Shown one piece after another: positions 29,444-38,441 of a DNA stretch of 64,000 nucleotides. This DNA comes from Elusimicrobia bacterium CG1_02_56_21 (GTDB lineage Bacteria > Elusimicrobiota > Elusimicrobia > Elusimicrobiales > UBA9959). The stretch covers positions 13,299 through 77,298 of the forward strand of contig MNUR01000046.1 in the NCBI GenBank assembly GCA_001871115.1, read 5' to 3'. Both the position numbers and the translations under genes were made by a program. A model generated the notes under the pieces. The model was not told the origin of the DNA, ran no database searches, and saw only the letters and a list, made by a program, of their open reading frames with translations. Position 1 is the first letter of the stretch. Each line of letters opens with the position of its first letter.

Positions 29444-30376
29444 ATGCTGATTAAACCGGCTTTTAAATTCGCGGCTTTATTAAGCCCTTTGCTCCTGCTT
29501 CCTGCCATAAGCGCCTCTGGCGCTTCTTCCGCTCCCGGCCCGGCCGCAGACCGGCTGTTGCAAGCCGCCGAGAGCGCTCCGGCAAGCGCCCCCAAGCCGG
29601 GGGCTCCGCAGGCCGCAGCCGCAGAGTTCAGCGGCACCGCAGACATAGCGGACCGGTGCTTTCCTCCGGCCGCCGCAGAAGAAATAATTTATCAGTCAGA
29701 TTTCCACTGGAACTATTCCGCGCAGGAAATGACGGCGCGTTTCAAAGAAATGTACTCCTCCCCCAAAAGGCTGGACAAGCGCGCCTACTGGGACAAAGCT
29801 GCAGACAGCCTTGTCCTGCCCCCCGGGTACAGCGGTCCCCCGGTAAAAATAAGCCTGCCCTTTGTACAGGCCGTGAGCAGGCACATAGAACGCGCGCTGG
29901 AGCTCGGTTACGCCGAAACCGTATTTTTCCCCGACATGGGCCACTCCCACCTGCTCATCCCCTCCGCGCTTTGGGAAGCCAAATACGCTAATTACGAAGT
30001 CGGTGATTACTCGCGCATGTACGAAGACATGTTCGGCGACCCCGCTGTACACATCTTCTACCATACAGCCGAACAGTTGAAAACCCTGGAGAACAATCAG
30101 CCTATCGAAGAACCGCACCTTCTGTTCCGCAGGGCCAACCGCAATATAGCCGGCCCCACAAAGCCGGACGCTGAACTTACAGTCTATCAGAACCCGGAAA
30201 GCGCCGCGAACACAGTGGGAGATGTGCCCGGCTACAGGTGGTGGGGCGCCGGTTTTAATTTAAGCGCGCAGAAGGACGGCTGCTTTCCCTACCAGTATAA
30301 GGGCGAGACCTTTTACTTCGACATAAGCCTGCATGACCTGCCGATGAAGCCCGGTGATGGCGGAGGCTGGGATTAA
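29444..30376 (+). CDS. Secreted hypothetical protein
   Basis: 310 aa. Signal peptide plus an Ala/Pro-rich linker. No domain recognised. Confidence 0.5.
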   Translation: MLIKPAFKFAALLSPLLLLPAISASGASSAPGPAADRLLQAAESAPASAPKPGAPQAAAAEFSGTADIADRCFPPAAAEEIIYQSDFHWNYSAQEMTARFKEMYSSPKRLDKRAYWDKAADSLVLPPGYSGPPVKISLPFVQAVSRHIERALELGYAETVFFPDMGHSHLLIPSALWEAKYANYEVGDYSRMYEDMFGDPAVHIFYHTAEQLKTLENNQPIEEPHLLFRRANRNIAGPTKPDAELTVYQNPESAANTVGDVPGYRWWGAGFNLSAQKDGCFPYQYKGETFYFDISLHDLPMKPGDGGGWD

Positions 30377-30412
30377 AGTTTTGCCTGCCCCCCGGAAGAG
30401 CCCCTTATAACT

Positions 30413-31291
30413 ATGGTTTTCGAACCACTTCCTCCCGCACCCCGGGAAACGATTAAACTTACACCTACCCGCGCCATGAACAGATCCGGCTCCGGCCCGG
30501 ACCCTAAACTCGCGTGCGCCTGGCCGCGCACCGTAGCCGTTCCGCGGGTGCGCATGATAACTCCGGGCGAGTTCGACGGCTGGATAATCCATGAGGACGA
30601 GCGGGTAATAGTCATCAATAAACCCGCCGACGTAGTCTGTCATCCTTCTAAGGCGGGCCCCTGGTCCAGCCTTGTAGGCGCGGTGCGTGAATATACGGGC
30701 ATCCCGGTCTCGCATCTGGTTTTCCGCCTGGACCGGGAGACCAGCGGCGTGGTAGTCTTCGCTAAAACCCCCCATACGGCCGGCCGCCTTCAGACGGCTA
30801 TGGGTGCGCGCAAAGTAGGCAAGACCTACCTGGCGGTTATGACGGGCGAGCTGCTTGAACCGATAACTGTAAACCAGCCGCTCGGTAATGACGAGGCCAG
30901 CCCGGTCTTCGCTAAATCGACAGTACGCGCTGACGGGCAGAACTCCGTCACTCACTTTACGCCCCTGGCCCGGAACGGCGGCTTTACCCTGGCGCGCGTA
31001 GTAACGGAGACCGGCCGCAAACACCAGATACGGGCGCACGCCCAATGGCTGGGGAACTCCCTGGTAGGGGACAAGATCTACGGCCCCGACGACAGATTTT
31101 TTCTGGATTTTATAGACGGCGGGTGGACGCCGGCCCTTGAGGGCAAACTGCTTCTTTCACGTCAGGCTCTGCACTGCGCAGCTATAGACATGAGCGGGGC
31201 CGGGATCGCCCGGCTGTTCACTGCCCCGATGCCGGCGGATATGAGGGCTTTCTGCGAGTCGCGCGGGATAGCGGTCCCGGACGGGCTTTAA
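30413..31291 (+). CDS. RluA-family pseudouridine synthase
   Basis: 'VIVINKPADVVCHP', 'FRLDRETSGVVVFAK' and 'HQIRAHAQWLGNSLVGDKIYG'. The exact start is uncertain. Confidence 0.88.
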   Translation: MVFEPLPPAPRETIKLTPTRAMNRSGSGPDPKLACAWPRTVAVPRVRMITPGEFDGWIIHEDERVIVINKPADVVCHPSKAGPWSSLVGAVREYTGIPVSHLVFRLDRETSGVVVFAKTPHTAGRLQTAMGARKVGKTYLAVMTGELLEPITVNQPLGNDEASPVFAKSTVRADGQNSVTHFTPLARNGGFTLARVVTETGRKHQIRAHAQWLGNSLVGDKIYGPDDRFFLDFIDGGWTPALEGKLLLSRQALHCAAIDMSGAGIARLFTAPMPADMRAFCESRGIAVPDGL

Positions 31292-31375
31292 GCGCGGCTG
31301 TTTAATTTATAACGGGGATTTTCCGGGCATGCGGGGCCTGCCCGCCTGAAAAAAATCATTTTTCCCGCTTGTCGC

Positions 31376-31981
31376 TTAAAGCTCCGGAGGCGGCCCCCCG
31401 CCCTTCCCGGAAGGTTTACGGGCGCGCATCTCAAAATTTTCTTCCGGCTTTTTATCTTTCACCGCGCTTTTTCCCGGATACCTGGCCGTCAGGTCTTCTA
31501 CCCGCCACTGGTTGTTTATCGTAGAGTCCAGCCTTACCGCCCCGCGCGCCGCTTCCAGCGCTTTGTCTATCCTTCCCATCTTCTCATAGATCTCGCTCAG
31601 CTTTTCAAAGCAGAAAGCGTTGAGCGGGTCCAGCTCAAGCATATGTTCCAGGGCAACGGACTCGGCGTACAGCGGGTGGCGTTTTTTAGCTTTAGTGCGG
31701 CGGCGCACTATTTTTTTCTTTAAAAAAGGAACGGCGATAACCGCGGACAGGAGCAGCAGGTTACAGACTGCTGTCGCTTTAGGCCTGGCCGGGAAAGCGA
31801 GTCTGTTTAAGATATACACGAAACTGAAAATAAATGAGCCGGCCAGGAAAGCGGCGGGAAAGGGCAGTGGCTCCCGGAGCAGGGGCCCGGACTTCTTCCC
31901 TAAAAGCCAGAGAACCCCTCCGGACAGCAAAAGGGAGGCCGTAAAACAGAATATCGTTATCCCGAACTGTATCTCAGGCAA
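31376..31981 (-). CDS. Membrane protein with a C-terminal TPR-like helix pair
   Basis: 201 aa with 3-4 TM helices. 'EKLSEIYEKMGRIDKALEAARGAV'. Confidence 0.45.
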   Translation of the reverse strand: MPEIQFGITIFCFTASLLLSGGVLWLLGKKSGPLLREPLPFPAAFLAGSFIFSFVYILNRLAFPARPKATAVCNLLLLSAVIAVPFLKKKIVRRRTKAKKRHPLYAESVALEHMLELDPLNAFCFEKLSEIYEKMGRIDKALEAARGAVRLDSTINNQWRVEDLTARYPGKSAVKDKKPEENFEMRARKPSGKGGGPPPEL

Positions 31982-32095
31982 AATCAGTCCTCCAGGCCAT
32001 AAAAAATTACGCGGCGCGCTTATCTCCGGGACCTGCGCCGCCGCTCTAAACCCTGAACGGCTCCGGGCGTTTTATCCCGTGCCCGGCCTGGCCTG

Positions 32096-32806
32096 CTAAG
32101 CCTTCGGGGGAAGCGGAAGGAGCAGCTCTTTAATTTCCCTGACCGAGCTCTCGAGAAGTTTCATCTTTTCAGCTGCGCGGGACTGTTCCTCCGCTAAAGA
32201 GGCCATCATCGCGCCTATCTGGTCTATCTTCAGGTTTAAATGCTGCAGCCGCAAATCCGGTTCGCCCTGGGGAGTCTTTACCGGGGCCGGGTTTATTTCG
32301 GCCGGGCTATGGGCCTTGGGCAGTTCCCGCGGCTTATCCGAAGCTGCGGGCTTGCCGTCTTTTACGGGGCCCGGTGGAACTGAGGCAAGCGGTTCTGCGG
32401 CAGGCTCCTTAACTTCAGGCCCTTCTATCAATGAACCCCTCATTGTCATCAGAAGGGGAGATGAGGCGGGGGTCCGGGGCTGCTCCGCCGCCGGTACGGG
32501 TTTGGCCGGCTCAGGCTGCCCCGCCGCCGGTTCATTTACCGCCGGCGCCTCTATCAATGAACCCCTCATGGTCATAAGCAGGGGCGAGTCAGCCGCCGGG
32601 CGCTGCGCCTTTGAAGCCTCCGGGGCGGGATTAAGAACCGCCAGAACTTCGGGATAGGAGGAGGCTTCTTTCCAATCGTTAGCCTGGCCGCCGGCCGGGG
32701 TGTCAGGGCAGAGAAGGGAGGAAGAATTAAAAGCGGGCAGTTCCGTCAATTTCTCGGTCTCAAAAGGGCCGCAGACTTTCTTATCTATGTACGCCCAATA
32801 TCGCAT
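32096..32806 (-). CDS. GYF_2-like domain protein with an internal ~42-aa repeat
   Basis: 236 aa. N-terminus 'MRYWAYIDKKVCGPFETEKL'. Repeats 'SPLLMTMRGSLIEAPAVNEPAAGQPEP' and 'SPLLMTMRGSLIEGPEVKEPAAEP'. Confidence 0.45.
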   Translation of the reverse strand: MRYWAYIDKKVCGPFETEKLTELPAFNSSSLLCPDTPAGGQANDWKEASSYPEVLAVLNPAPEASKAQRPAADSPLLMTMRGSLIEAPAVNEPAAGQPEPAKPVPAAEQPRTPASSPLLMTMRGSLIEGPEVKEPAAEPLASVPPGPVKDGKPAASDKPRELPKAHSPAEINPAPVKTPQGEPDLRLQHLNLKIDQIGAMMASLAEEQSRAAEKMKLLESSVREIKELLLPLPPKA

Positions 32807-32843
32807 AAAGCCTCCTGCTGTATATCCCTGAAGTTTAAAATAA

Positions 32844-32852
32844 ATAATATCA
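32844..32852 (-). promoter_or_regulatory. Extended -10 TGATATTAT
   Basis: Minus-sense TAATTTTGATATTAT, about 38 nt upstream of ATG 32806, which has an AGGAGG SD. Confidence 0.45.
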
Positions 32853-32894
32853 AAATTATCCGGGCACCCGGACCGGAAAATAAGCCGCGCTCTA

Positions 32895-32910
32895 CCGGAA
32901 TTAATTCCGG
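32895..32910. repeat. Perfect 16-bp palindrome CCGGAATTAATTCCGG
   Basis: Seen directly. It begins 4 nt after the stop of the 32914..33498 gene and has no T-run. Confidence 0.6.
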
Positions 32911-32913
32911 GAG

Positions 32914-33498
32914 TCAGCCGTGCAACTTTGAGAGAAGCCAGGCCATGTTCTCGCCGAGCACTTTCATCGTGCCCATTCCTTCCTGATCGGCCTCTACTTC
33001 GCCGATGCCCCGGCCCACGCCCATGTTCCAGTAGCTGGAACCAGGGATTATCATCTGGTTTATGGTGAAGAAGTGATTTATAGTATCAAAAGCGTGAATA
33101 GCCCCGCCGCGCCGGACCGCCACCACGGCGGCCCCCGCTTTGCGCTTATAAAGCCCTCCGTTAGCCATGCTGACATAGCCGGACCGGTCTATCAGCGCTT
33201 TGGTCTCGCTGCTCACGTCCGCGAAATAGGTAGGCGAACCGATAAGAATGCCGGCGGAAGCTTCCATCTTCTCTATGTATCCGTTCAGGCCGTCATCAGG
33301 CTGCACGCATTTTTTATCTTTATTCCTGGCACAGCCGTTGCAGGCCATACAGCCGCGCAGCGGCTTGCCGGCCAGCTGCACCAGTTCCGTTTCAAAACCC
33401 CGCGCCTTCAGTTCAGCCAGCGCCGTGTTCAGCAATATCGCTGTATTCCCGTCCCTGCGCGCGCTGCCGTTAAATGCGGTTATTTTAAGCATATTCAC
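32914..33498 (-). CDS. Flavodoxin-like NAD(P)H-dependent FMN reductase / iron-sulfur flavoprotein family
   Basis: 'LKITAFNGSARRDGNTAILL' and 'GSPTYFADVSSETKALIDR'. Confidence 0.8.
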   Translation of the reverse strand: MNMLKITAFNGSARRDGNTAILLNTALAELKARGFETELVQLAGKPLRGCMACNGCARNKDKKCVQPDDGLNGYIEKMEASAGILIGSPTYFADVSSETKALIDRSGYVSMANGGLYKRKAGAAVVAVRRGGAIHAFDTINHFFTINQMIIPGSSYWNMGVGRGIGEVEADQEGMGTMKVLGENMAWLLSKLHG

Positions 33499-33656
33499 TC
33501 CAGTATATTTTCTCCGCTGCGTTCTTGCCGTCAGCGGGGCTTACGTCCTATTTTCTCGTAATCGAAATCATAAATAGAAGACTCGTCCGGAGGCTCAATG
33601 CCTATCCCCGGGGCCCTCGCCTGAATCTCCGCGGATTTTTCCGTTCCGGCCCCTAT

Positions 33657-34337
33657 TTAATTATCCGCTTTTTTCTTCCCTGCCTCCTGAAGATATTCAG
33701 CTTCCGTTTGGGTTTCCGGACCGGGAGCTGCCCCCTCTTTACGGGCTAAAGGCAGCGAAAAAACCATACGCTTACGCGCTTTTTCCATATACTTCCGGAT
33801 ACGGGCATTATGCGGAGGAATTTCAGGGGAGCGGCCTTTCAGGCGGTCCGCATAGGCCTTTATCTCTTTATAGGCCGCCTCAGCGGCTTTTTTAAAATCC
33901 TTATCCTCCGGATAAGCTTTGCAGGAGGAACTGAACTTTAAACAGAGGTCCCCGGTATTGCATCTCATGGTCAGGCGGATAAAGGTTTCGACCAGGAGAA
34001 TATCGGGATCAGGTTTCCCTCCGCTTTTCTGCTGCTCTGCCAGTCCCCGCAGAAGGTCTTTTAAAGACAATACCGAGGCCCGGGCCGCGGCAACGGCATT
34101 ATTAACGGCCGGCAGAATTACCTCCTTTACCGGCCTGGTTACGGCCTGGTCCAGGATCATTTCCGCCGCCTGCCTTTCTTTCTCCCGGTCAGTACCGGCC
34201 GCAACCGGCGCGCAGAATACCGCCGCGAAGAAGATTAAAGATATTATGTTGTTTCTCATCGCAATCCAATGCCCGGCTGCCGCTTGTGCGGGCCCCTGAA
34301 CCCGGCGGCCTTTTACCGGTGTTTCTCTTTGCTTCAT
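33657..34337 (-). CDS. Hypothetical protein (signal-anchor or secreted)
   Basis: 226 aa. ATGA overlap with the upstream gene. Hydrophobic segment 'IISLIFFAAVFCAPVAAG'. Confidence 0.45.
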   Translation of the reverse strand: MKQRETPVKGRRVQGPAQAAAGHWIAMRNNIISLIFFAAVFCAPVAAGTDREKERQAAEMILDQAVTRPVKEVILPAVNNAVAAARASVLSLKDLLRGLAEQQKSGGKPDPDILLVETFIRLTMRCNTGDLCLKFSSSCKAYPEDKDFKKAAEAAYKEIKAYADRLKGRSPEIPPHNARIRKYMEKARKRMVFSLPLARKEGAAPGPETQTEAEYLQEAGKKKADN

Positions 34338-34630
34338 TTACGGCACATACGGCAGGACCCGGAGTCGTAACTGACCCCGGATTTATCCGGCCCGAAACCT
34401 CTGCCGCAAGCCGGGCATCTCCAGGCAACCATATCAAAAAGGAGGAAAACCGCGAATAGCGGAACACTCCAGGTCTGCAGCGGGAAAGCAGCCGGGAAAT
34501 ACCCCAGGAGCAGGTGTCCGGGGACAAAGTGGAACAAAAGCAAAGAGGCCATTATGAAAAAACGAACCTTATGTATTTTCCACCGCCTGAAATAGCTTTC
34601 CAGGTATTCAGCTTTCGTAATGTCAGGCAT
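34334..34630 (-). CDS. Small membrane protein with a C-terminal zinc-ribbon
   Basis: 98 aa with two TM helices. 'CPACGRGF...CRMC'. Confidence 0.45.
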   Translation of the reverse strand: MPDITKAEYLESYFRRWKIHKVRFFIMASLLLFHFVPGHLLLGYFPAAFPLQTWSVPLFAVFLLFDMVAWRCPACGRGFGPDKSGVSYDSGSCRMCRK

Positions 34631-34672
34631 AGGTATTTCACACTCTCGAGACCCTTGTTTTTTCCCTGCTAT

Positions 34673-34681
34673 ATTCTACCA
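34673..34681 (-). promoter_or_regulatory. Extended -10 TGGTAGAAT
   Basis: Minus-sense GGGTTTTGGTAGAATATAG, about 43 nt upstream of ATG 34630. Confidence 0.45.
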
Positions 34682-34777
34682 AAACCCGGCAAAGCAGCCC
34701 CTCCGGCCCCTGAGGCCTGCTCCCGGGAGACGGCCGAATTCACCCCAAAAAGGCCCCAGGCCAATAATAACTCACTA

Positions 34778-34806
34778 TTGACGCTGAAATAATGTCATAC
34801 TATAAG
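34778..34806 (+). promoter_or_regulatory. Sigma-70-type promoter: TTGACG, 17-nt spacer, TATAAG
   Basis: -35 at 34778-34783 and -10 at 34801-34806. This implies a ~105-nt 5' UTR before the RRM gene. Confidence 0.5.
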
Positions 34807-34918
34807 GGTAGTAAACCAGAACTCAAGTTTTTGAAGCCTATTCTACCAAGCAACAATCGGAAAAGATAGAGCGATGAGAGTTGAGTCAGGTAATTAAAGT
34901 TGCCAGGAGAATAATACA

Positions 34919-35248
34919 ATGAGCAAGAGAATATATGTGGGCGGTCTGCCCTTTTCAACCACCGAAGCGGAAATGAACGCCCTGTTCACCACCTACGGTG
35001 CGGTTACCAGCGCAAAGCTGATCACGGACAGGGAGTCCGGCCAGTCCCGCGGCTTCGGCTTCGTAGAGATGGCCGATGACGCAGAAGCCGCGGCGGCCAT
35101 GGAAAAACTTAACGGCTCCGATTTCGGCGGCCGCAAGCTGACCATTAACGAAGCTCGCCCGATGGAAGCCCGCGGCGGCGGTGACCGCGGCGGACGCGGC
35201 GGCGACCGCGGCGGACGCGGCGGCGGCTACGGCAGCAATAAGTGGTAA
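34919..35248 (+). CDS. RRM-type RNA-binding protein with an RGG tail
   Basis: 109 aa. RNP-2 'IYVGGL', RNP-1 'RGFGFVEM' and C-terminal 'GGDRGGRGGDRGGRGGG'. Confidence 0.9.
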   Translation: MSKRIYVGGLPFSTTEAEMNALFTTYGAVTSAKLITDRESGQSRGFGFVEMADDAEAAAAMEKLNGSDFGGRKLTINEARPMEARGGGDRGGRGGDRGGRGGGYGSNKW

Positions 35249-35272
35249 CTAAAACCCTTTAACGGTTTTAAA

Positions 35273-35305
35273 CCGCCGCCCCGAAAAGGGCGGCGGTTTT
35301 TATTT
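35273..35305 (+). terminator. Intrinsic terminator
   Basis: CCGCCGCCC-CGAAAA-GGGCGGCGG followed by TTTTTATTT. Confidence 0.8.
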
Positions 35306-35357
35306 GTGCCTGCAATGCCGCAACTCCGTACTTTGGAAGAAAGAGCCCATTGCCGCT

Positions 35358-35729
35358 TTACTTTTTGAGGATTACTTCCACTTTCATCTGCAGTTTGGAC
35401 AGCGTTACAGGCTTATTGATAAATTCCCGGAAATTTCTCTCCTGTGTAAAAATATCAATCATCCCCTGGTCGAAAAACTTGCCGCTCATCACTATGACCG
35501 GGATTTCGGAAGTTTCATCTCCGGCATGAAGTTCCCTTAAGACCTCTATCCCGTTCATGTCCGGCATCATAATGTCGAGAAAGATTATATCGGGCTTCAG
35601 GGCGGCGGCCTTGGCCAGGCCGTCCTTCCCGTTCTGCGCCAGCGCAACGGTATAACCCTGCCCGGCGAAATACGCGGACGCGAGGCCGCTGAAATCCGCG
35701 TCGTCGTCTATCATAAGGATACTCGGCAT
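35358..35729 (-). CDS. Single-domain response regulator (receiver only)
   Basis: Start at 'MPSILMIDDD' (SD GGAGGGAAG). 'DIIFLDIMMPDMNG' and '...NKP'. Paralog of 48083..48475. Confidence 0.85.
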   Translation of the reverse strand: MPSILMIDDDADFSGLASAYFAGQGYTVALAQNGKDGLAKAAALKPDIIFLDIMMPDMNGIEVLRELHAGDETSEIPVIVMSGKFFDQGMIDIFTQERNFREFINKPVTLSKLQMKVEVILKK

Positions 35730-35851
35730 TTTTCTTCCCTCCGAACCCCGCTGGATAAGCAATCACCCATGTTCCGTACCGGCAATTTTCCACACCGGTA
35801 CATATAACAATCTTACTTAACTTGGACTTTATAAAAAAGTCTCCGCGGCGC

Positions 35852-36241
35852 CTACCTGCAGCTGGTCTGAATATTCATAAAAGCGCCTTTATGACGGAAA
35901 GACAGATTATTAACCGGCTTTTTCTCTTTAATAGTGCTTCTGTCGGACTGGAAGAATATTTCTCCCAGAGACTGCTTATATTCACACGACAGCGCCGTTC
36001 CGCGCCGTAAACCAAAGAAGGATAAAGTACAGTCATAGTCGCCGCCGGGAAGCTTAAAGTTTTTTTTCTGAGCCCCTATTTCCCTGCTTTTGAGTGAAAA
36101 CTCATGAATTATCCTGCTGCTGGTCCCCTTCAGCACATCTTCAATAGTTACTTCACATTTAGCGGTTTTTGCCTTAAAAGCAAAAACAGTCCCCGTAAAG
36201 AATACGAGAACAAAACCGGAAAACCCGATTATTTTCCTCAT
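35852..36241 (-). CDS. Secreted hypothetical protein
   Basis: Start set at 'MRKIIGFSGFVLVFFTGTVFA' (signal peptide; SD GGGGGAGA). Confidence 0.45.
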   Translation of the reverse strand: MRKIIGFSGFVLVFFTGTVFAFKAKTAKCEVTIEDVLKGTSSRIIHEFSLKSREIGAQKKNFKLPGGDYDCTLSFFGLRRGTALSCEYKQSLGEIFFQSDRSTIKEKKPVNNLSFRHKGAFMNIQTSCR

Positions 36242-36320
36242 CTCCCCCCCTTTTACCGGTGGCATAGCACTTAGCCGCCGGCAACCCAGTTCCCCCCAAA
36301 AAGGCCGCTTCCGCCCGCTC

Positions 36321-36584
36321 TTAATTATCCACTGTAGAGATAGCTTCTATCCTGTTCCAGTCCACGAAAGCGTATCTGCCCTGGCCCCTGTTGATGACCA
36401 GGCATTCTTCAGTGTCGGTAACCGACTCGGCCCTGAGGGCCCCGGGCTGGGTAGCCGCCCTGATCACAACCACGAACTGCTTATCCCTGATAGAGTAGGT
36501 CGCCTCTCCGGGCCTGTCATCCTCTTTAGCCGGATTCAGGACGAAGCGCTTCTTGAATAAATTCTGCCACATTATCCTATCCAT
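36321..36584 (-). CDS. Small hypothetical protein
   Basis: 87 aa. SD AGGAGG upstream. No domain recognised. Confidence 0.4.
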   Translation of the reverse strand: MDRIMWQNLFKKRFVLNPAKEDDRPGEATYSIRDKQFVVVIRAATQPGALRAESVTDTEECLVINRGQGRYAFVDWNRIEAISTVDN

Positions 36585-36645
36585 ACTCTGCCTCCTGAAA
36601 ATAAAGATAAAACGGTCTCAAAACCCTCTCCAAAGCAGCCTTTTA

Positions 36646-36654
36646 AGTATAGCA
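36646..36654 (-). promoter_or_regulatory. Extended -10 TGCTATACT
   Basis: Minus-sense CGTCTGCTATACT, about 60 nt upstream of ATG 36584. The same CGTCTGCTA context recurs at 63887-63900. Confidence 0.4.
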
Positions 36655-36906
36655 GACGAGCCCGGTAATCGCCAGTTCGGGCTTCACCGGACAGCCTGCG
36701 CGGACATCGCCGCGATTGTATTTCCAATGCCGGACATGCAATGGTCCCTGATCCGCCAAGGGCCGGTTTTGTTTGATTTTCTATAATGGTTCCCCCGGAA
36801 CAGATATACGGCTATTCTACTCTTTTTTTAAGCCTCTCCCGGCCTGAAAACCACAGCCGTTTGTCTTTCCGCCCAGGCCCGGTAAATTTTATAAAACCCG
36901 GCTTGC

Positions 36907-37443
36907 CTAGTTGATATCATGGAACGCCTTGGGATATTCAATTTCGCCGCTGACATCTTTCAAAGCGTTCCGGGCCAGTTCCAGCACCATGAAGACCTCC
37001 TCAGGGGCTTCGAACGGAAGTTTAAGGCCTTTTCCCCCGGCTGCGACAAAACCGAAGCGCGGGTAATATTCAGGGTGTCCTACCACCACCACTATTTTAT
37101 GCCCTGATTTAACGGACTCTTCCAATCCCTTTTTTACGAGCGCCGTCCCTATCCCCCGGTTCTGCAATTCAGGCAGCACCGACATCGGCGCCAGCGCCAG
37201 GGCCGGAACGGCGGTTTGCGGACTCTTGATCCTGACCGGCGTAAAAAGGATATGCCCGACCACCACCCCGTCCTTTACCGCCACCATAGAAAGGGCAGGG
37301 ATAAAACAGGAGGATTCGCGCACAGCGTCTATCAGCTTGGACTCGTTCTTTCCTTTAAAAGCTTTTTTATTCAATTTGCGGATAGCGTCAAAGTCGCTTT
37401 TTAGCTCGGCGCGAATGATGACTGCGGATGATGAATTTTTCAT
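36907..37443 (-). CDS. GNAT family N-acetyltransferase
   Basis: 178 aa. 'LPELQNRGIGTALV' acetyl-CoA motif A and 'YYPRFGF'. Confidence 0.88.
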   Translation of the reverse strand: MKNSSSAVIIRAELKSDFDAIRKLNKKAFKGKNESKLIDAVRESSCFIPALSMVAVKDGVVVGHILFTPVRIKSPQTAVPALALAPMSVLPELQNRGIGTALVKKGLEESVKSGHKIVVVVGHPEYYPRFGFVAAGGKGLKLPFEAPEEVFMVLELARNALKDVSGEIEYPKAFHDIN

Positions 37444-37474
37444 TCCAGAAGTTCCTTTAAATTAACGCTAAAAT

Positions 37475-37942
37475 TTACGGCAGCGCGCTTTCCTGCGCCG
37501 GGGGGCAGGGCTGCTGCTCTTTCGGCGAGAGTTGTTCCCGCTCTGCCAGCAGCCCCTTCAGCAGTTCTACGGCCCGCGGGGCGTCGGTGACGTTAAGCAG
37601 CAGGTGGCCTATGGAACCGGTATAGGTAGTTCCGTATATAGTGGTAATCGAGATCCCGTTGTCTCCCAGCAGGGTAGACAGCTTCAGCAGCATACCCGGC
37701 TGGTCCTTCAGCTCCAGCAGGATCACCTGGGTTTCTATGGTGGTGAACCCGTCCCTGGTCAGGATCTGGCTGATACTGGTATCAGTGTCCACGGTTATGC
37801 GCACAATGCCCGAGTCCTCGCGCATTTCGGAAGCGATACCTATGATATTTACTTTCTCCCGGAAGAAACGCTCCAGGAAGGCGCTCATTGCGCCCGGGGC
37901 TTTAGGAAGGAAAACGCTGTATTGTTTGACCAGCTTGACCAT
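37475..37942 (-). CDS. ACT-domain protein
   Basis: Start at 'MVKLVKQYSVFL'. Two ACT-like repeats, including 'ILLELKDQPGMLLKLSTLLGDNGISI'. Confidence 0.5.
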   Translation of the reverse strand: MVKLVKQYSVFLPKAPGAMSAFLERFFREKVNIIGIASEMREDSGIVRITVDTDTSISQILTRDGFTTIETQVILLELKDQPGMLLKLSTLLGDNGISITTIYGTTYTGSIGHLLLNVTDAPRAVELLKGLLAEREQLSPKEQQPCPPAQESALP

Positions 37943-38000
37943 AAAATCTCCGTAGTTCCGGATGCTCACTCCGGGTTAGATATCGGCTCTGCTTCCATCT

Positions 38001-38008
38001 ATTCTACA
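38001..38008 (-). promoter_or_regulatory. -10 TG-TAGAAT after a T-tract
   Basis: Minus-sense GCTTGTTTTGTAGAATAG, about 58 nt upstream of ATG 37942. Confidence 0.4.
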
Positions 38009-38432
38009 AAACAAGCTGCCGTTATACTCCGGATTATAAACGAGAGGTTCAGCTGTTTTCTCAGCCGGGGCAAATCCTGCGTGAGATAACAGCACTCCTA
38101 TCCCGCGCCTTCCAGTCCCGCGGCCAGCGCCTCCGGCAGGATACCCAGAACCCCTGCCCTGGCGGAGCGTCCGTCCCCGCATTGCAAGCGAGGCTGAAAT
38201 TATAGTCAGGTCAAGTTTCGGGTCCAGGCGGGAACCCAGCCCGGCCGCTACGGCGCCCGGGCCTCCTTTCGAGTTTCCGGGTCTTATTGCCTAAGGTAAA
38301 ATGTTACCCGTTTGATCCTCGAGATCCCAAAAGGTCTTGCGCTTTGAGCGATCTGCCGGACCTTCCCGGAGGGAAGCCACCGCCCTTTTCATATTATTAT
38401 TCCTGCAGGTCTCCTGAGCTTAAGCAAGATGA

Positions 38433-38441
38433 ATTATAACA
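38433..38441 (-). promoter_or_regulatory. Consensus extended -10 TGTTATAAT
   Basis: Minus-sense CAATTGTTATAATTC. About 40 nt downstream is a 33-codon ORF (38291-38392, MKRAVASLREGPADRSKRKTFWDLEDQTGNILP). Confidence 0.4.

Noticed and set aside
30260-31045. 261-aa minus-strand ORF
   Set aside because: It is antisense to the RluA pseudouridine synthase, which carries the canonical motifs.
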